A stretch of DNA of 61,024 nucleotides, filler included, from Sphacelaria rigidula (Eukaryota): assembly GCA_964200075.2 (NCBI GenBank). It is 7 parts of 7 records of this genome, joined end to end, with 100 filler letters (N's around TTAATTAATTAA, not from the genome) between each part and the next. Parts side by side here need not be neighbours in the genome. Positions count along the whole stretch, not along the records: positions 1 to 8,633 come from CAXNAA020010539.1; positions 8,734 to 17,365 come from CAXNAA020010540.1; 5 more parts are not named here. The stretch is one strand, 5' to 3'. Below, one piece after another: positions 1 through 9,982 of the stretch. The position numbers were made by a program, and so were the translations under genes. The first letter of the stretch is position 1. The number at the start of each line of letters is the position of its first letter. The notes under the pieces were generated by a model. It saw nothing but the letters and a program-made list of their open reading frames with translations. It did no database searches and had not been told where the DNA came from.

Positions 1-1616
1 AGGTTGTGGGACACACCATATTGTTCCGGTTTCGGGGCTGGCGTTACGGTCAAGCTACGCTCTTCCGTCACCAACGGGCGGTCGTCGCATCATCGATGGT
101 TGCTTCAAGCAACGGATACAGTACTGCCGTTCACGCATATACGAAGAGGAACAGAACAGTAAAATCGTTCAGCGCTACAGCACACGTGCCCCCCACGAAA
201 ACACAAACGGAACACGTGCACGGCAATCCCAAACGGCCAGGGTGTAAACATGTACTGCTTACAGCATAGAATGTATTATTTGTTGTCATAGGTGCGATTG
301 TCTACATCACACGCAGTACGCTTTCTGATCAAGGGTGTGGGTTATCTGACGGCTTAACCGTTGTGCCGCGGTGCTGGTAGTCCATTTGGACGTTGCCCTT
401 GATAAAAATACACCTTGATCAAACACGGGAGGGCCGATTTTTTTTGTCCATGTTGTGCCGGAACACGAGAATCAATACATCTTGTCGGTCCACAGCGTAC
501 GGTATACTTTCCAATGGATTGCCCGAGTGCTAAAAAAATGCGCATCCACTTCCCTTGGACTTGTCAGCGACAATTCTGTTCCGAAAGCAGGCTAGAAACG
601 CAATACTGATGCTGAGAGCTCCCATTCGATTCGTTGTGAGTATCTAATGAGACGAACATGAAATTACTATAGTAGTCAGCATCAGAAGTTTTCAATATTT
701 GTAGTTGTTGTAGTTATTGAGTTTTTCTCGAGTACTATTCTCCACTACTACTTGAGAGCGCTAGCGCCGGTAAATTAAGGGGGAAAGCGTAGGCCGCGCT
801 CAAACTGCAGTGCCCAAGTTGGTATTTTGGGGCGATACGGACTTGATACGCCGTTTATCAGGAGGGTGCTATTGACCATTTTTGGTTCAATGTAAGCAGT
901 TTTCCCGCTTTTCAGCGACGAAACCGTAAATACTCAGATAAATGGATCGTGAAAAAAATCTTCACAATGACGATCGAGATCGTGCTTCCCTCCTCTACTG
1001 CACAGACCTCAGTCTCGCATTTTCTGTCGATGACCTCTTCTTGTTTTTTTTCGCAGAACCTTGTTCATGAGCACTCGAAAGTGCTAGCGTCGATATTTTT
1101 AGCAAAATAAGCAGATCGTGCTCAAATCACAATGCCCAACTTGGTGTTGTGGGGGCGATCCGGAGTAAAGACCCCGTTTATCATCACTGACCGTAAATGG
1201 TCCAGGAAACAGAGTTTTGCGGATTTAGCGTAGTGAATAGTGGAATGTCAAAAAAATAATACTTCTCGAGTCTTCACGTACATGATCGGGATGGAGTCAG
1301 TCCACCGCAAATACCGAAAAGCGAGAACCTAGGGTTGCACTACTGTCGCAGGACCCCCGAAGATCGGTCAAGCTCATAGGTCACTCAATATTGATCGCAG
1401 ATTTTCTTCTTCAATATTTGTTGAGAGGATTGTAATATCTCCAGATGCCCATATTTTGGCATCCAACACTTACTGTGATCAGCGGTGGCAAGCGAAACGA
1501 ATTTGGAAAATCTTCGAGAAACTAAGAAATTGCGAATTCTGCATACTTCTGACGCTCATCACTGTAGTGATGATAATAATTCAGCGGTTGACTCGTCAAC
1601 TTGAAGGAGGTCAGGG

Positions 1617-1690
1617 TAGGGCGTACTCATTTGTTGCTTGCCTTCGTCGTTTGACCACTGACCACACATCCCTTTCGAGACGGAGCGTAG
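1617..1690 (+). repeat. Dispersed repeat with G-rich head (GGGCGTACTCATTTGTTGCTTGCCTTCGTCGTTTGACC...), copy 1
   Basis: Near-identical to copies at ~4283, ~37471 and ~52440-52640 (reverse). Confidence 0.85.
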
Positions 1691-2306
1691 ACGGGGGTGG
1701 AAGCGGGATCTGCAAAACCATTGATACGGGATAATCCTCCAGTTCCCCACTACCGTTTGCTGTTGATATTATGTTCTGTTCCATTTTTTTATTTCGGTGT
1801 TGTGTCTCTGATGAAGACAACTTTTCCGAAGCCCTTCGAAACCCAGCAACTAAATTCAACTATGGAGCCGGGTGTGCAAGAGGATTGAGGAACTTCAAGG
1901 GATCACTCACAAGGGCGCCGAGTCTCGAAGCAAACGTTTGCCAAGCCGTCCCGATAACTTCTACATCTCACCACAGAACACGAACATCAACAGGATGGCC
2001 ACGGAAAAAAATACATGACGTGAAAAATAGAATCAAGTACGCGGGGACAAGTGTGCACACGAAGACGAAAGTATAGAGCCCACAGGCACGACATGTCCAA
2101 CACGCCGTTTGATCGAGTGAAAACACACACAATGAACACGGCCCATGTCAGGCCAACGAGACACGGGACCCAGGAAGGAAAGGAGAGGGGCCAGAAAGGG
2201 ACACAGAGCGCATTAGAACCCAATACGTCTCCTCTTTGACGGAGCTGCAACCAGTGATCAGTTCATCTGAAACACCAGCGCGATAATCGCACACACACAC
2301 ACATAC

Positions 2307-2973
2307 CTGGAAAGGAGAAGCACCACCCCGACCGAGCGCCCCGAATGAAATAGGCCCGCCAAAGCCACCGACCGCCGCCGCGGCAGCACCGCCACTACCT
2401 CCCCCAGCAACTGCGGCGGTCCCATTTTTCGGCGCATCACCGTTCTCACCGGTATTGGCCGTCGCTTCTGCTTCTGCCTTCGGTCGACCAGCGTCAGCCC
2501 CATTTGTGCCGGCGACGGCCTTTCCATCTTCCCCTCCCACCTGTCGCTCTTCCTCGCTCTCCTTGCGCCTTTCGGCAGTTGATTCACCCCCGTTGGAACC
2601 AGAGGAGGCGGGCGTTGATGCTGCTCCGTCCGCTGACGGTTCGGCGCCAGAACCGACGGAGACAGCAGCCGCGCTACTACCGTTTGGTTGCTGCGCTTGC
2701 ACATCACCGGGTGCGGATGCGGGTGCGGGTGCAGCGGAGCTCGTGCCTATGCCCCCGGAGGCCTTGCCCTTCTCGGTTGTCCCTTCTGCTGTTGCCGCTG
2801 CTCCCGTAGTGGCGGCAGCGGGAGTAGAAGCTGTGCCACTCGTTGGAGGGGTGGTGAGGGGAGGTATGGCTGGCGCTGCCATCATGGCGAACGGATTAGC
2901 CCCACCGCCACCAAAGCCTGCACTCGACGTGCTGTCACCTGTCCCGGTCGGTCTTCCCCTAGCCTTCACTATC
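2307..2973 (-). CDS. NUP50: Nup50/Nup2-like nucleoporin, exon 2 (IVKARGR...NPFA...Ala/Gly-rich linker...GFGG..SFG..SPFQ); gene continues downstream
   Basis: Acceptor aacag| at 2974, donor CAG|gtatgt at 2306. Joins exon 1 in frame (AA|G = Lys) to give LRARKIVKAR. NPF and FG motifs present. Confidence 0.8.
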
Positions 2974-4282
2974 CTGTTAATTTTTGTTGTTGCCGGCGTG
3001 GTGACCAACCGAGCGCAGCGAGGACGACGATTGTTAGTGTCGGGCAAGAAAACAAAAACGGTCCAAAAAAGGGAAGTGAGCCCAGGGAACGAGGAATAAA
3101 TTAATGAACAAAACAAAACCACTCCACATGATCGTATCACACAGAACCGGGAAAAAGTACATGTTCGTGTAGGGACGCGGCAACAACTACACTTTTAGCT
3201 GGGATGACACGAAAGTTGGTGTTTACTGTAGTGAACGCGTGACAACCATATCCTCGATCAGTCCGGCTCTCTATTGGTTGCCGTGATATTATTCTTACGC
3301 TGTTCCGGGTAACTCAGATCGCGCAGAGAATCACGTGCAATTGATTCGGCAGCCGACGGTTACACACAACGCGATTCGCACTGAACGGTGGGAAGGAGCG
3401 AGAACGGCTCACAACGAACCGTCCCACACGTGCCCAGCGAGAACACGAGAAGCCTGCTGAGATGGGGGGATCACACTCATTTCCCCCCCGTAATAAATGC
3501 GCGTCGTCATGAGGAATATGTCCGAGGTCAGCCTGATGCCGTATCCGTGATCCAACTCCGCAAACCGATACACGAGCATCTCATGCTGAACCACCCACGA
3601 TCTTTAGCTAAGTTCACACGCGGACCGCGACACCTTCCAGCGCCGACGCAGAAGTGTACACCCTGATCAAATAATTCTGCTCCAAGCGGGTGATCCTATT
3701 CGGATTAGTTTTCCACACGCTTCGTTTTGGAGGGGTGGGTGTACTCATGATCATGCATGCCAGTTACAAGACCATTGACCTCGCACCCTTACAAATCTAG
3801 GACGGAGAACGCCGGGTTTTCGCCGGAACAGGCTCGCACTCAATTATCAAGCGCGAAGCGCCGTGGTGCGTTGGGCGAGTCGCATGAAGGGTGAGCCGCA
3901 TCATGCGAAGATTGGTCGATCCGAAGCCTCCTGATTATCTTGCATTTGCAGCCTTCAATGAGTTGCTTCATTCTCTGGTATCACCACTTCGAGGGACAGC
4001 CAAGGCTTAGACACTGTCTCATGGGTGTCTCACTATTCAAACAATCCGTAGTACGGTCACCCCCTTTGTGCGGAGTTGAGGTTTTCCCACGCCGCACATG
4101 ATCTAGCTCGACTACCACCATGGCTAGAGCGCGCAAAAAATCGGCATGCTGGTTGCCCAGCTTACGCAGTGAGTGGCATGTTTGTTCTAGCGTCAGCGTC
4201 AACTGACGCCAGCCCCATCGGGGGTCCGCCCGTGCAAGCCGGGACGGAGCACGCCGGTTCCTCGCCGGACCAGGCTGATAGG

Positions 4283-4480
4283 GGAGGGGGGAGGGGGACG
4301 TCCTCATTTTTTGCTTGCCTTCGTCGTTTGACCATTGACCACGCATCCCATGCGAAGGGAAGCACCGTCGCTATTCCCAAGAGAGAGCCATCTTCAACAT
4401 TCCGGCGCCCATTACGTTTCTTCCATGCATTACACAAATACCGTTTACATATCTTTTCCCTGTCCTGTTTCGCTGTCGGG
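4283..4480 (+). repeat. Dispersed repeat, longer copy
   Basis: Aligns over ~200 bp with the reverse complement of 52440-52640. Confidence 0.85.
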
Positions 4481-4779
4481 GGGGGGGAGGCAACCTAACC
4501 CGACTCACGAAACACACCAACGACTGTAGAAAATGTTTCACAATCTTGTTCGAAGACATTTTAGGCTATGCACTTCGTCGCGGCTACGTACGCGCAAGCA
4601 GGAGCTAGTTGATACTTTCACCAACATTACCATGCCTACCCACAACTACGGAGTGAATCGATGGATCCATCGATAAGGTCACGCTGTCGTCATATTTGAA
4701 TCACAAGAGTCGCGCAGCCTCGGGTACGGGGCCCAATTGGGTGATCTGGCCACATGGTCGACCATTTCCATCAACCTCT

Positions 4780-5460
4780 TCAATGTATCTGACTAGCCGT
4801 GCACCACGCCGAGTGGTGAAACCTGCCCAAACCAGCGCAGACGAGGTACTTCAGGGGTACGGCTCCACGTCACGAAGGATGTACAGTACGCGAAAACTGT
4901 CTTAAAGATGCCGCTGGCCGGGCGGCGGAAGTTATCAACATGCCAGTATTCCGACACATCAAGTGCTGCTGACAACAAGGACAACGTGTCGTTTGAACGG
5001 ACGTGGTGCGGTTTTGCCTACGGTGCTGTACACATACTTCGTGGTTTCAAGCAGCGCACCCGTGGGAAACGAGTCTCGCATTGGGGAGCGATCGCACCCC
5101 GGTGGGTGAATTAACCCGTTCATCGCCAGGGTAGGCGATCTTCGATCTTTTGAATCGGCATCACTTTACCGTATTCTTCAAAGCGTGGGTGATGGGATAC
5201 TCAAAATATGGGCATGACCTCGTGGCCGAGGGCTTAACCCTTAGACGGCGATAGTGGGCCATCCATTGAATCGTAATCAATTTCACTTGGGAGGAGTATG
5301 CATGATTCAGATAGACTACCCTCGCGGTCTCGGGGTGAAAAAAAACTTGATTACTCATCCCCGCGCGAACGGTCGCACGATGCAGTTCAACCAACGGCTC
5401 AGCACGGCGACAGCACCCCGGGTGATGTGCAACGTTTGTCGCAATTCTCGAATGTTCCAA
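4780..5460 (+). pseudogene. Highly decayed Ty3/gypsy-type integrase relic in the Nup50 intron
   Basis: Fragments HVTKDVQYAKT (like WxxMxxDVxxYVxxC) and HPRANGRTMQFNQRL (like HPQANGxVERFNRTL). Many stops and frameshifts; interrupted by MITEs. Confidence 0.4.
5111..5339. mobile_element. Two tandem ~100-120 bp piggyBac-like MITEs joined at TTAA
   Basis: TTAA-CCC...GGGC-TTAA-CCC...GGGG-TGAA. Internal GAATCGGCATCA motif shared with 7505-7604 and 34513-34614. Confidence 0.6.
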
Positions 5461-6546
5461 CACTTTGAGGCCTAGTTAAGAATGAGGTAAGTAGAGGGGG
5501 TGTGGGCACGCCCGAAGGCCAGGGCAACTAGAAGCACGCAAGGCAAACAGGAACTATACGCTGGTAGATGCACTTGACCGCAAGAGAGGTAACCATCGGG
5601 TTGCGGACCAACACGTTGGCGAAAAAAGCTCATCTTACTACATGGAGCGGTGGGCGCTGTAGTGCCCTTCTTTGAAAACAACGCAGTGCAGCGCCGTGCA
5701 GCATAGTAACACGTCATAAGACTCTTCACCTCGAGTACATAGAATACCAAACTGTAGCTTATTTTGTCGGGTCGCAAGATAAGCCTTGACAAGTTGTACA
5801 GTACAGCACCTACCAGAGGTCGCCATGGTGTTCAGGTCTAATGGTTGCACAACCGGTGAGACTAGATTCAAGATTTCTCGATAAATGGCGGCCAAAATTG
5901 TTGATGGCGCAGAGACAGTGCCATACAGTTGAACGGAAGCAGAGGCGGACACGTACTACAGCAGCACTGCGCTATTTACTGATCTTGTACAGGGTTTGGA
6001 CGGATATTTCACCATAGAGTTCCGCCTGACATCGATGCACTGTGTCATAGTCTGTGTATGTCGTACGACCAGCATGAACAGGCCGTTCAGGCCGTTCAGG
6101 TTTCTTTTTGGGTGCTGTAATGCGAGACGACGGGCGCGGGCAGAATAACGCGTTGTCCAATCTGTCGTTTACCTACAGGTCCTCCGTGTGTTCGCGCTGT
6201 TTAATTGGTATAAGTCGAACGACGGGCATACATGCCTGTTCAGTCACATGACACGGGAGTAGATCATAACAAACAAGTATACTTCTGATGATGCGGGCCG
6301 TGGACACAATGCCTTCACCCTGAATACACCACCCCTCGATCGCCACCTCCCCATCATGCCTGCAATAGAATCCCGCTGGACTAGGTAGCACAGCGACAGA
6401 TGATTAAGCCCTGCACGCCACATGCCCAATAAGCACACGTGGCACAGCAACAGGAGTGTGGAGGCGGAAGAGGAGACTCAGCAATTTTCCTTCCCCCTTC
6501 CCCCTTTCCCCCGCCAACTTTCACCACTACCGTTCATCTCACTCAC

Positions 6547-6704
6547 TTTCTTGCTCTCAAGACCTCGGGCGGCGCCCTCGTAAACGTGCCAGGATCATCA
6601 CCGTCCCCACCGTCAACGCCATCGCCCTCCGGATCGTCCTCTTTGATGAGCTGACGATCCGCCGTTCGCTTGGCCTTGTTACGTGGGGATTCCTCATCTG
6701 CCAT
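6547..6704 (-). CDS. NUP50: Nup50/Nup2-like nucleoporin, exon 1 (MADEESPRNKAKRTADRQLIKEDDPEGDGVDGGDGDDPGTFTRAPPEVLRARK)
   Basis: ATG at 6704, donor AA|gtgagt at 6546. KRxAxxQL...GTFxRAxxEVLxxRKIxK is the Nup50 N-terminal importin-alpha-binding motif. Confidence 0.85.
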
Positions 6705-7504
6705 TTTAGCTCTTTAGAGAGGAGCGATGGCGCAGGCCTCGTACTATACTATCAGCTCCGGCTCAGCGTACGGTAGGGTTCACACCACACTGGGTAGAGC
6801 CGGGGGTTTCAGTGATAAGAATTACGTCATACTTTTTTGTCTCTATATGTACTCTAGCCATCATTCATTGATACGGTAGGTCCGATGCGAGCCTTCTCTG
6901 TGCTGCTGGCCCGTATCCACCTGCTACGACAGCAGTACAACAGTAGTAGAAAGCAGCAGACAAGTATGACATGCTGCAGAAAATTCACCTTTATCTCGTG
7001 CATATTTGTATGAGCTACCGTCCGAGTACGATCCTACCGGCTGTATCTTGGCTGTATTCTCACGTCGTGATGAATGTCCACCTTTGCTGTGGAGCCTGCC
7101 CTGCATTATAGCAGCTTTTGCTATAATCAAATCATTTAGTCATTTTGACCCCGGTAAAGGACACTTCATTCACCCAAAACTAAGGTTCAGTGTGATCTTC
7201 TATGCTCGTCACTGTATAAGTACTTGATTCTTGATTATTGTATAGAAGGGCACCGTCCACGCGGCCGCTGGAAAGCTTGCCCTGTTTGATATTTTTCTTG
7301 CCCATTTTTGCAAGTAAGTTTAGGACGAATCATCGCTGGTTCGAAACGAGTGAAATGCCAAACAACAGTGAAGTTGAACAAACTATTTCCGAGGTTTGAA
7401 CGTGTGAATCATTGATAAAGACTTATTTCGAGGGGAAAAAAATAAAGTCAGGGATGTAACACGGAATCCAGATGGATTGTTGATTGTTCACACTTTAGCC
7501 CTCA

Positions 7505-7604
7505 CCCTTTGGCCGCGAGGGTAGGCCACCTGCTGAATCGGCATCATCATTCACATGAAAAAGTGTGCGTGATGCAGATGACTACCGCGCTCCGCGGTGA
7601 AGGG
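7505..7604. mobile_element. piggyBac-like MITE copy
   Basis: CCCTTTGGCCGCGA...CCGCGGTGAAGGG; its reverse complement aligns to 34513-34614. Confidence 0.6.
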
Positions 7605-8633
7605 TTTGAAACCCTAGTTTTTTTTCCATATTTTTTTACCAGATAGGTGTGGAATGTGTCTAACTTTTCAGGGTTCACCGTAGTGCTTTGTGTTCCGAAT
7701 GTTACGTGCCACGTGGTCGGTGTTATGAGATGAAGAGGTATAAGTCTCGCCGCTAGCACCCCTATACAGTCGTGTAGATCATAACCCAACTTGAAGTGGC
7801 GAATGCCTGTAGTTGATGAAGGCACGGAGTGTCCTGGGGTAGTCTCCACCAGCTACGCGGTGTCCACCCACCATAGTTTGGATACACGGGCGGAGCAGGA
7901 ACATGTATCGTTCCGTTATCAAGGAAAGGGCGAGGCTTCTTAGGCGGGCGATCGCTTGGCTCGAGTTGCGTGGCGCCTGTCCACCCTTCTCGACCGTATG
8001 GTCCATTGCCCAAATAGGCTTCATCTACACGCTGTGGCGCTTGGAGACGGGCGATGTACCCCCACAGGCCGCGAGGAGGGACACCGACGATTTCCTCAGC
8101 CCGCAGGACCGCATCAATTCCCTCAGATTCAGTCAAACTCAGGTAAGGGGGCAAGATGATGAAGCCGACGACCTTTCCCCGAACAACGACGACGACGACG
8201 ATTCCATGTGTGACATGAAAGACAGAAGAGAGATTCGAAAAAAATAACAATCAGGATATAATACTAAAGGACTACTCGTACTACTCCTGGGTGTGGGAGA
8301 AGTAGTCTGGGGGGGCACCGAAAAACGGATGGATGTTTACTATAATAGAGTTGTGGACTCGCTGCCAGTTCATTTGACCAGTTACAGTTGACTGGTGCAA
8401 CTGGTTTGCTGACCGGCTTTGTAGCCAGTCAAGCCACTTATTCCACCAGATATATGTGTCATACTCCAAAGCGTTTTTGTACATGTCATGATCTAATCAA
8501 TAATTTTGAAGTACTGTCACCAAGGGGCCTTATTTTAGACCACTTTTATGGCAACGAGTCCCGATTTTTTCAAATATGAGGATTTCAGCGCATCTACAGG
8601 CGATTTTCTCCCGTGGATTGATTTTTCGGACCC

Positions 8634-8733
8634 NNNNNNNNNNNNNNNNNNNNNNNNNNNNNNNNNNNNNNNNNNNNTTAATTAATTAANNNNNNNNNNN
8701 NNNNNNNNNNNNNNNNNNNNNNNNNNNNNNNNN
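8634..8733. other. Artificial contig spacer
   Basis: N44-TTAATTAATTAA-N44 (stops in all six frames). Confidence 0.99.
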
Positions 8734-9168
8734 AGGATTCCCATGCTATCCGAGCAGGTTGACAGGCAGCCAGGATTTCCCATATGTTTTCGAACAGGTT
8801 GACAGGGGGCCAGGAGTTTCCCTTGTGCGCGCGAACAGGTTGACAGAGATCCAGGATTTCCCATATGTTTACGAACAGGTTGACAGGGAGCCAGGATTTC
8901 CCATATGTTTTGGAACAGGTTGACAGGGGGCCAGGAGTTTCCCTTGTGCGCGCGAACAGGTTGACAGGAGATCCAGGATTTCCCATATGTTTTGGAACAG
9001 GTTGACAGGGGGCCAGGAGTTTCCCTTGCGCGTGCGAACAGGTTGACAGGCATCCAGGAATTCCCATGCTATCCGAGCAGGTTGACAGGGAGCCAGGATT
9101 TTCCATATGTTTTCGAACAGGTTGACAGGGGGCCAGGCGTTTCCCTTTCGCGTGCGAACAGGTTGCAG
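8734..9168. repeat. Minisatellite, ~10.5 units of 39-41 bp in three variants (core GAACAGGTTGACAGG...CCAGGA.TTTCCC)
   Basis: Units start near 8751, 8791, 8832, 8872, 8912, 8953, 8994, 9035, 9074, 9114 and 9155; truncated by the contig start. Confidence 0.95.
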
Positions 9169-9234
9169 AACGGGGCTCAATTGCGAGGTAGATTCCCCGA
9201 TGTACCAAGATCCGCAAACGGTTTACGGACAGCC

Positions 9235-9600
9235 CAGAGCGGTCAACAAGATTAAGGACTTCTCCGGACTGGGTGGGATCGTTTCGGTACGGTGTTTAAA
9301 TTCCCTACGCGGTCTAACCCGGCAGAGCGGTCAACAAGATCAAGGACTTCTCCGGACTGGATGGGATCGTTTCTGTACGGTGTTTAAATTCCCCACGTGG
9401 TCTAACCCGGCAGAGGGATCTACAAGAGCGGGAGTTGCCGAGACTGTTTGAGATTGTTCTGCACGGTGTTTAAATTCCCTACGTGGTCTAACCCGGCAGA
9501 GCAGTCAACAAGATCAATGACGCCTCCGGACTGGAAGGGATCGTCCTACACGGTGTTTAAATTCCCTACGTGGTCTAACCCGGCAGAACGATTATCAAGA
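9235..9600. repeat. Tandem array of four 86-88 bp units with a nearly invariant 38-bp core
   Basis: Core ACGGTGTTTAAATTCCCTACGTGGTCTAACCCGGCAGA at 9289, 9377, 9463 and 9550. Confidence 0.95.
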
Positions 9601-9701
9601 TCGACGGCTACACCCGACGCTGAACTCGGAAGAGGGACATGGTAACGCGGCGATCCATCGTATGAATCACGTCAGTCCCAGGGTTTTTCAATCCTAGGAC
9701 T

Positions 9702-9982
9702 GAGGGGGGGTGTTACGGATCGCGGCGTGATGCGGTGGAAGGGGGACAGTACAATGATGGGCCGTTGATTCGGAACGAAGATACGCGCCCGGAGGGCTGA
9801 TCGCAGGAACTGGCTAGTACCTGCGGTCAGGGGTGAGGATGTTAAGTAATCCGTCAAGATACGGAGTACATACAAACATGCCTCTTACATCTGGTTGAAT
9901 CCGATTCTTTCTAAGAATCGGTGCAACGCTGAGATGACCCTGGTGTTCAGATCAATCTCTCGAGAGACTCTGGCTATCAACA
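9702..9982 (+). mobile_element. Polypurine tract plus 3' LTR (~272 bp) of an LTR retrotransposon
   Basis: GAGGGGGGG (9702-9710) is immediately followed by TGTT (9711) ... AACA (9982), the same architecture as the copia LTR at 21233. Confidence 0.65.

Noticed and set aside
2455..3104. Plus-strand ORFs opposite Nup50 exon 2 (and similar antisense ORFs at 24243, 47644-49727, 56140)
   Set aside because: Antisense shadows of GC-rich coding exons.
4657..4674. 18-bp perfect palindrome ATCGATGGATCCATCGAT
   Set aside because: Isolated and intronic, with no associated structure.
7762..8250. Gene divergent from Nup50 (candidate exon 8068-8142, AARRDTDDFLSPQDRINSLRFSQTQ)
   Set aside because: Splice sites are plausible, but there is no partner exon or recognisable product.
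8678..8689. TTAATTAATTAA as a biological motif or piggyBac site
   Set aside because: It is an identical linker centred in N-runs at all six gaps, so it is artificial.
8734..9600. CRISPR array
   Set aside because: The inter-repeat segments are homologous to one another, there are no cas genes, the context is eukaryotic, and the arrays abut a PPT/LTR.
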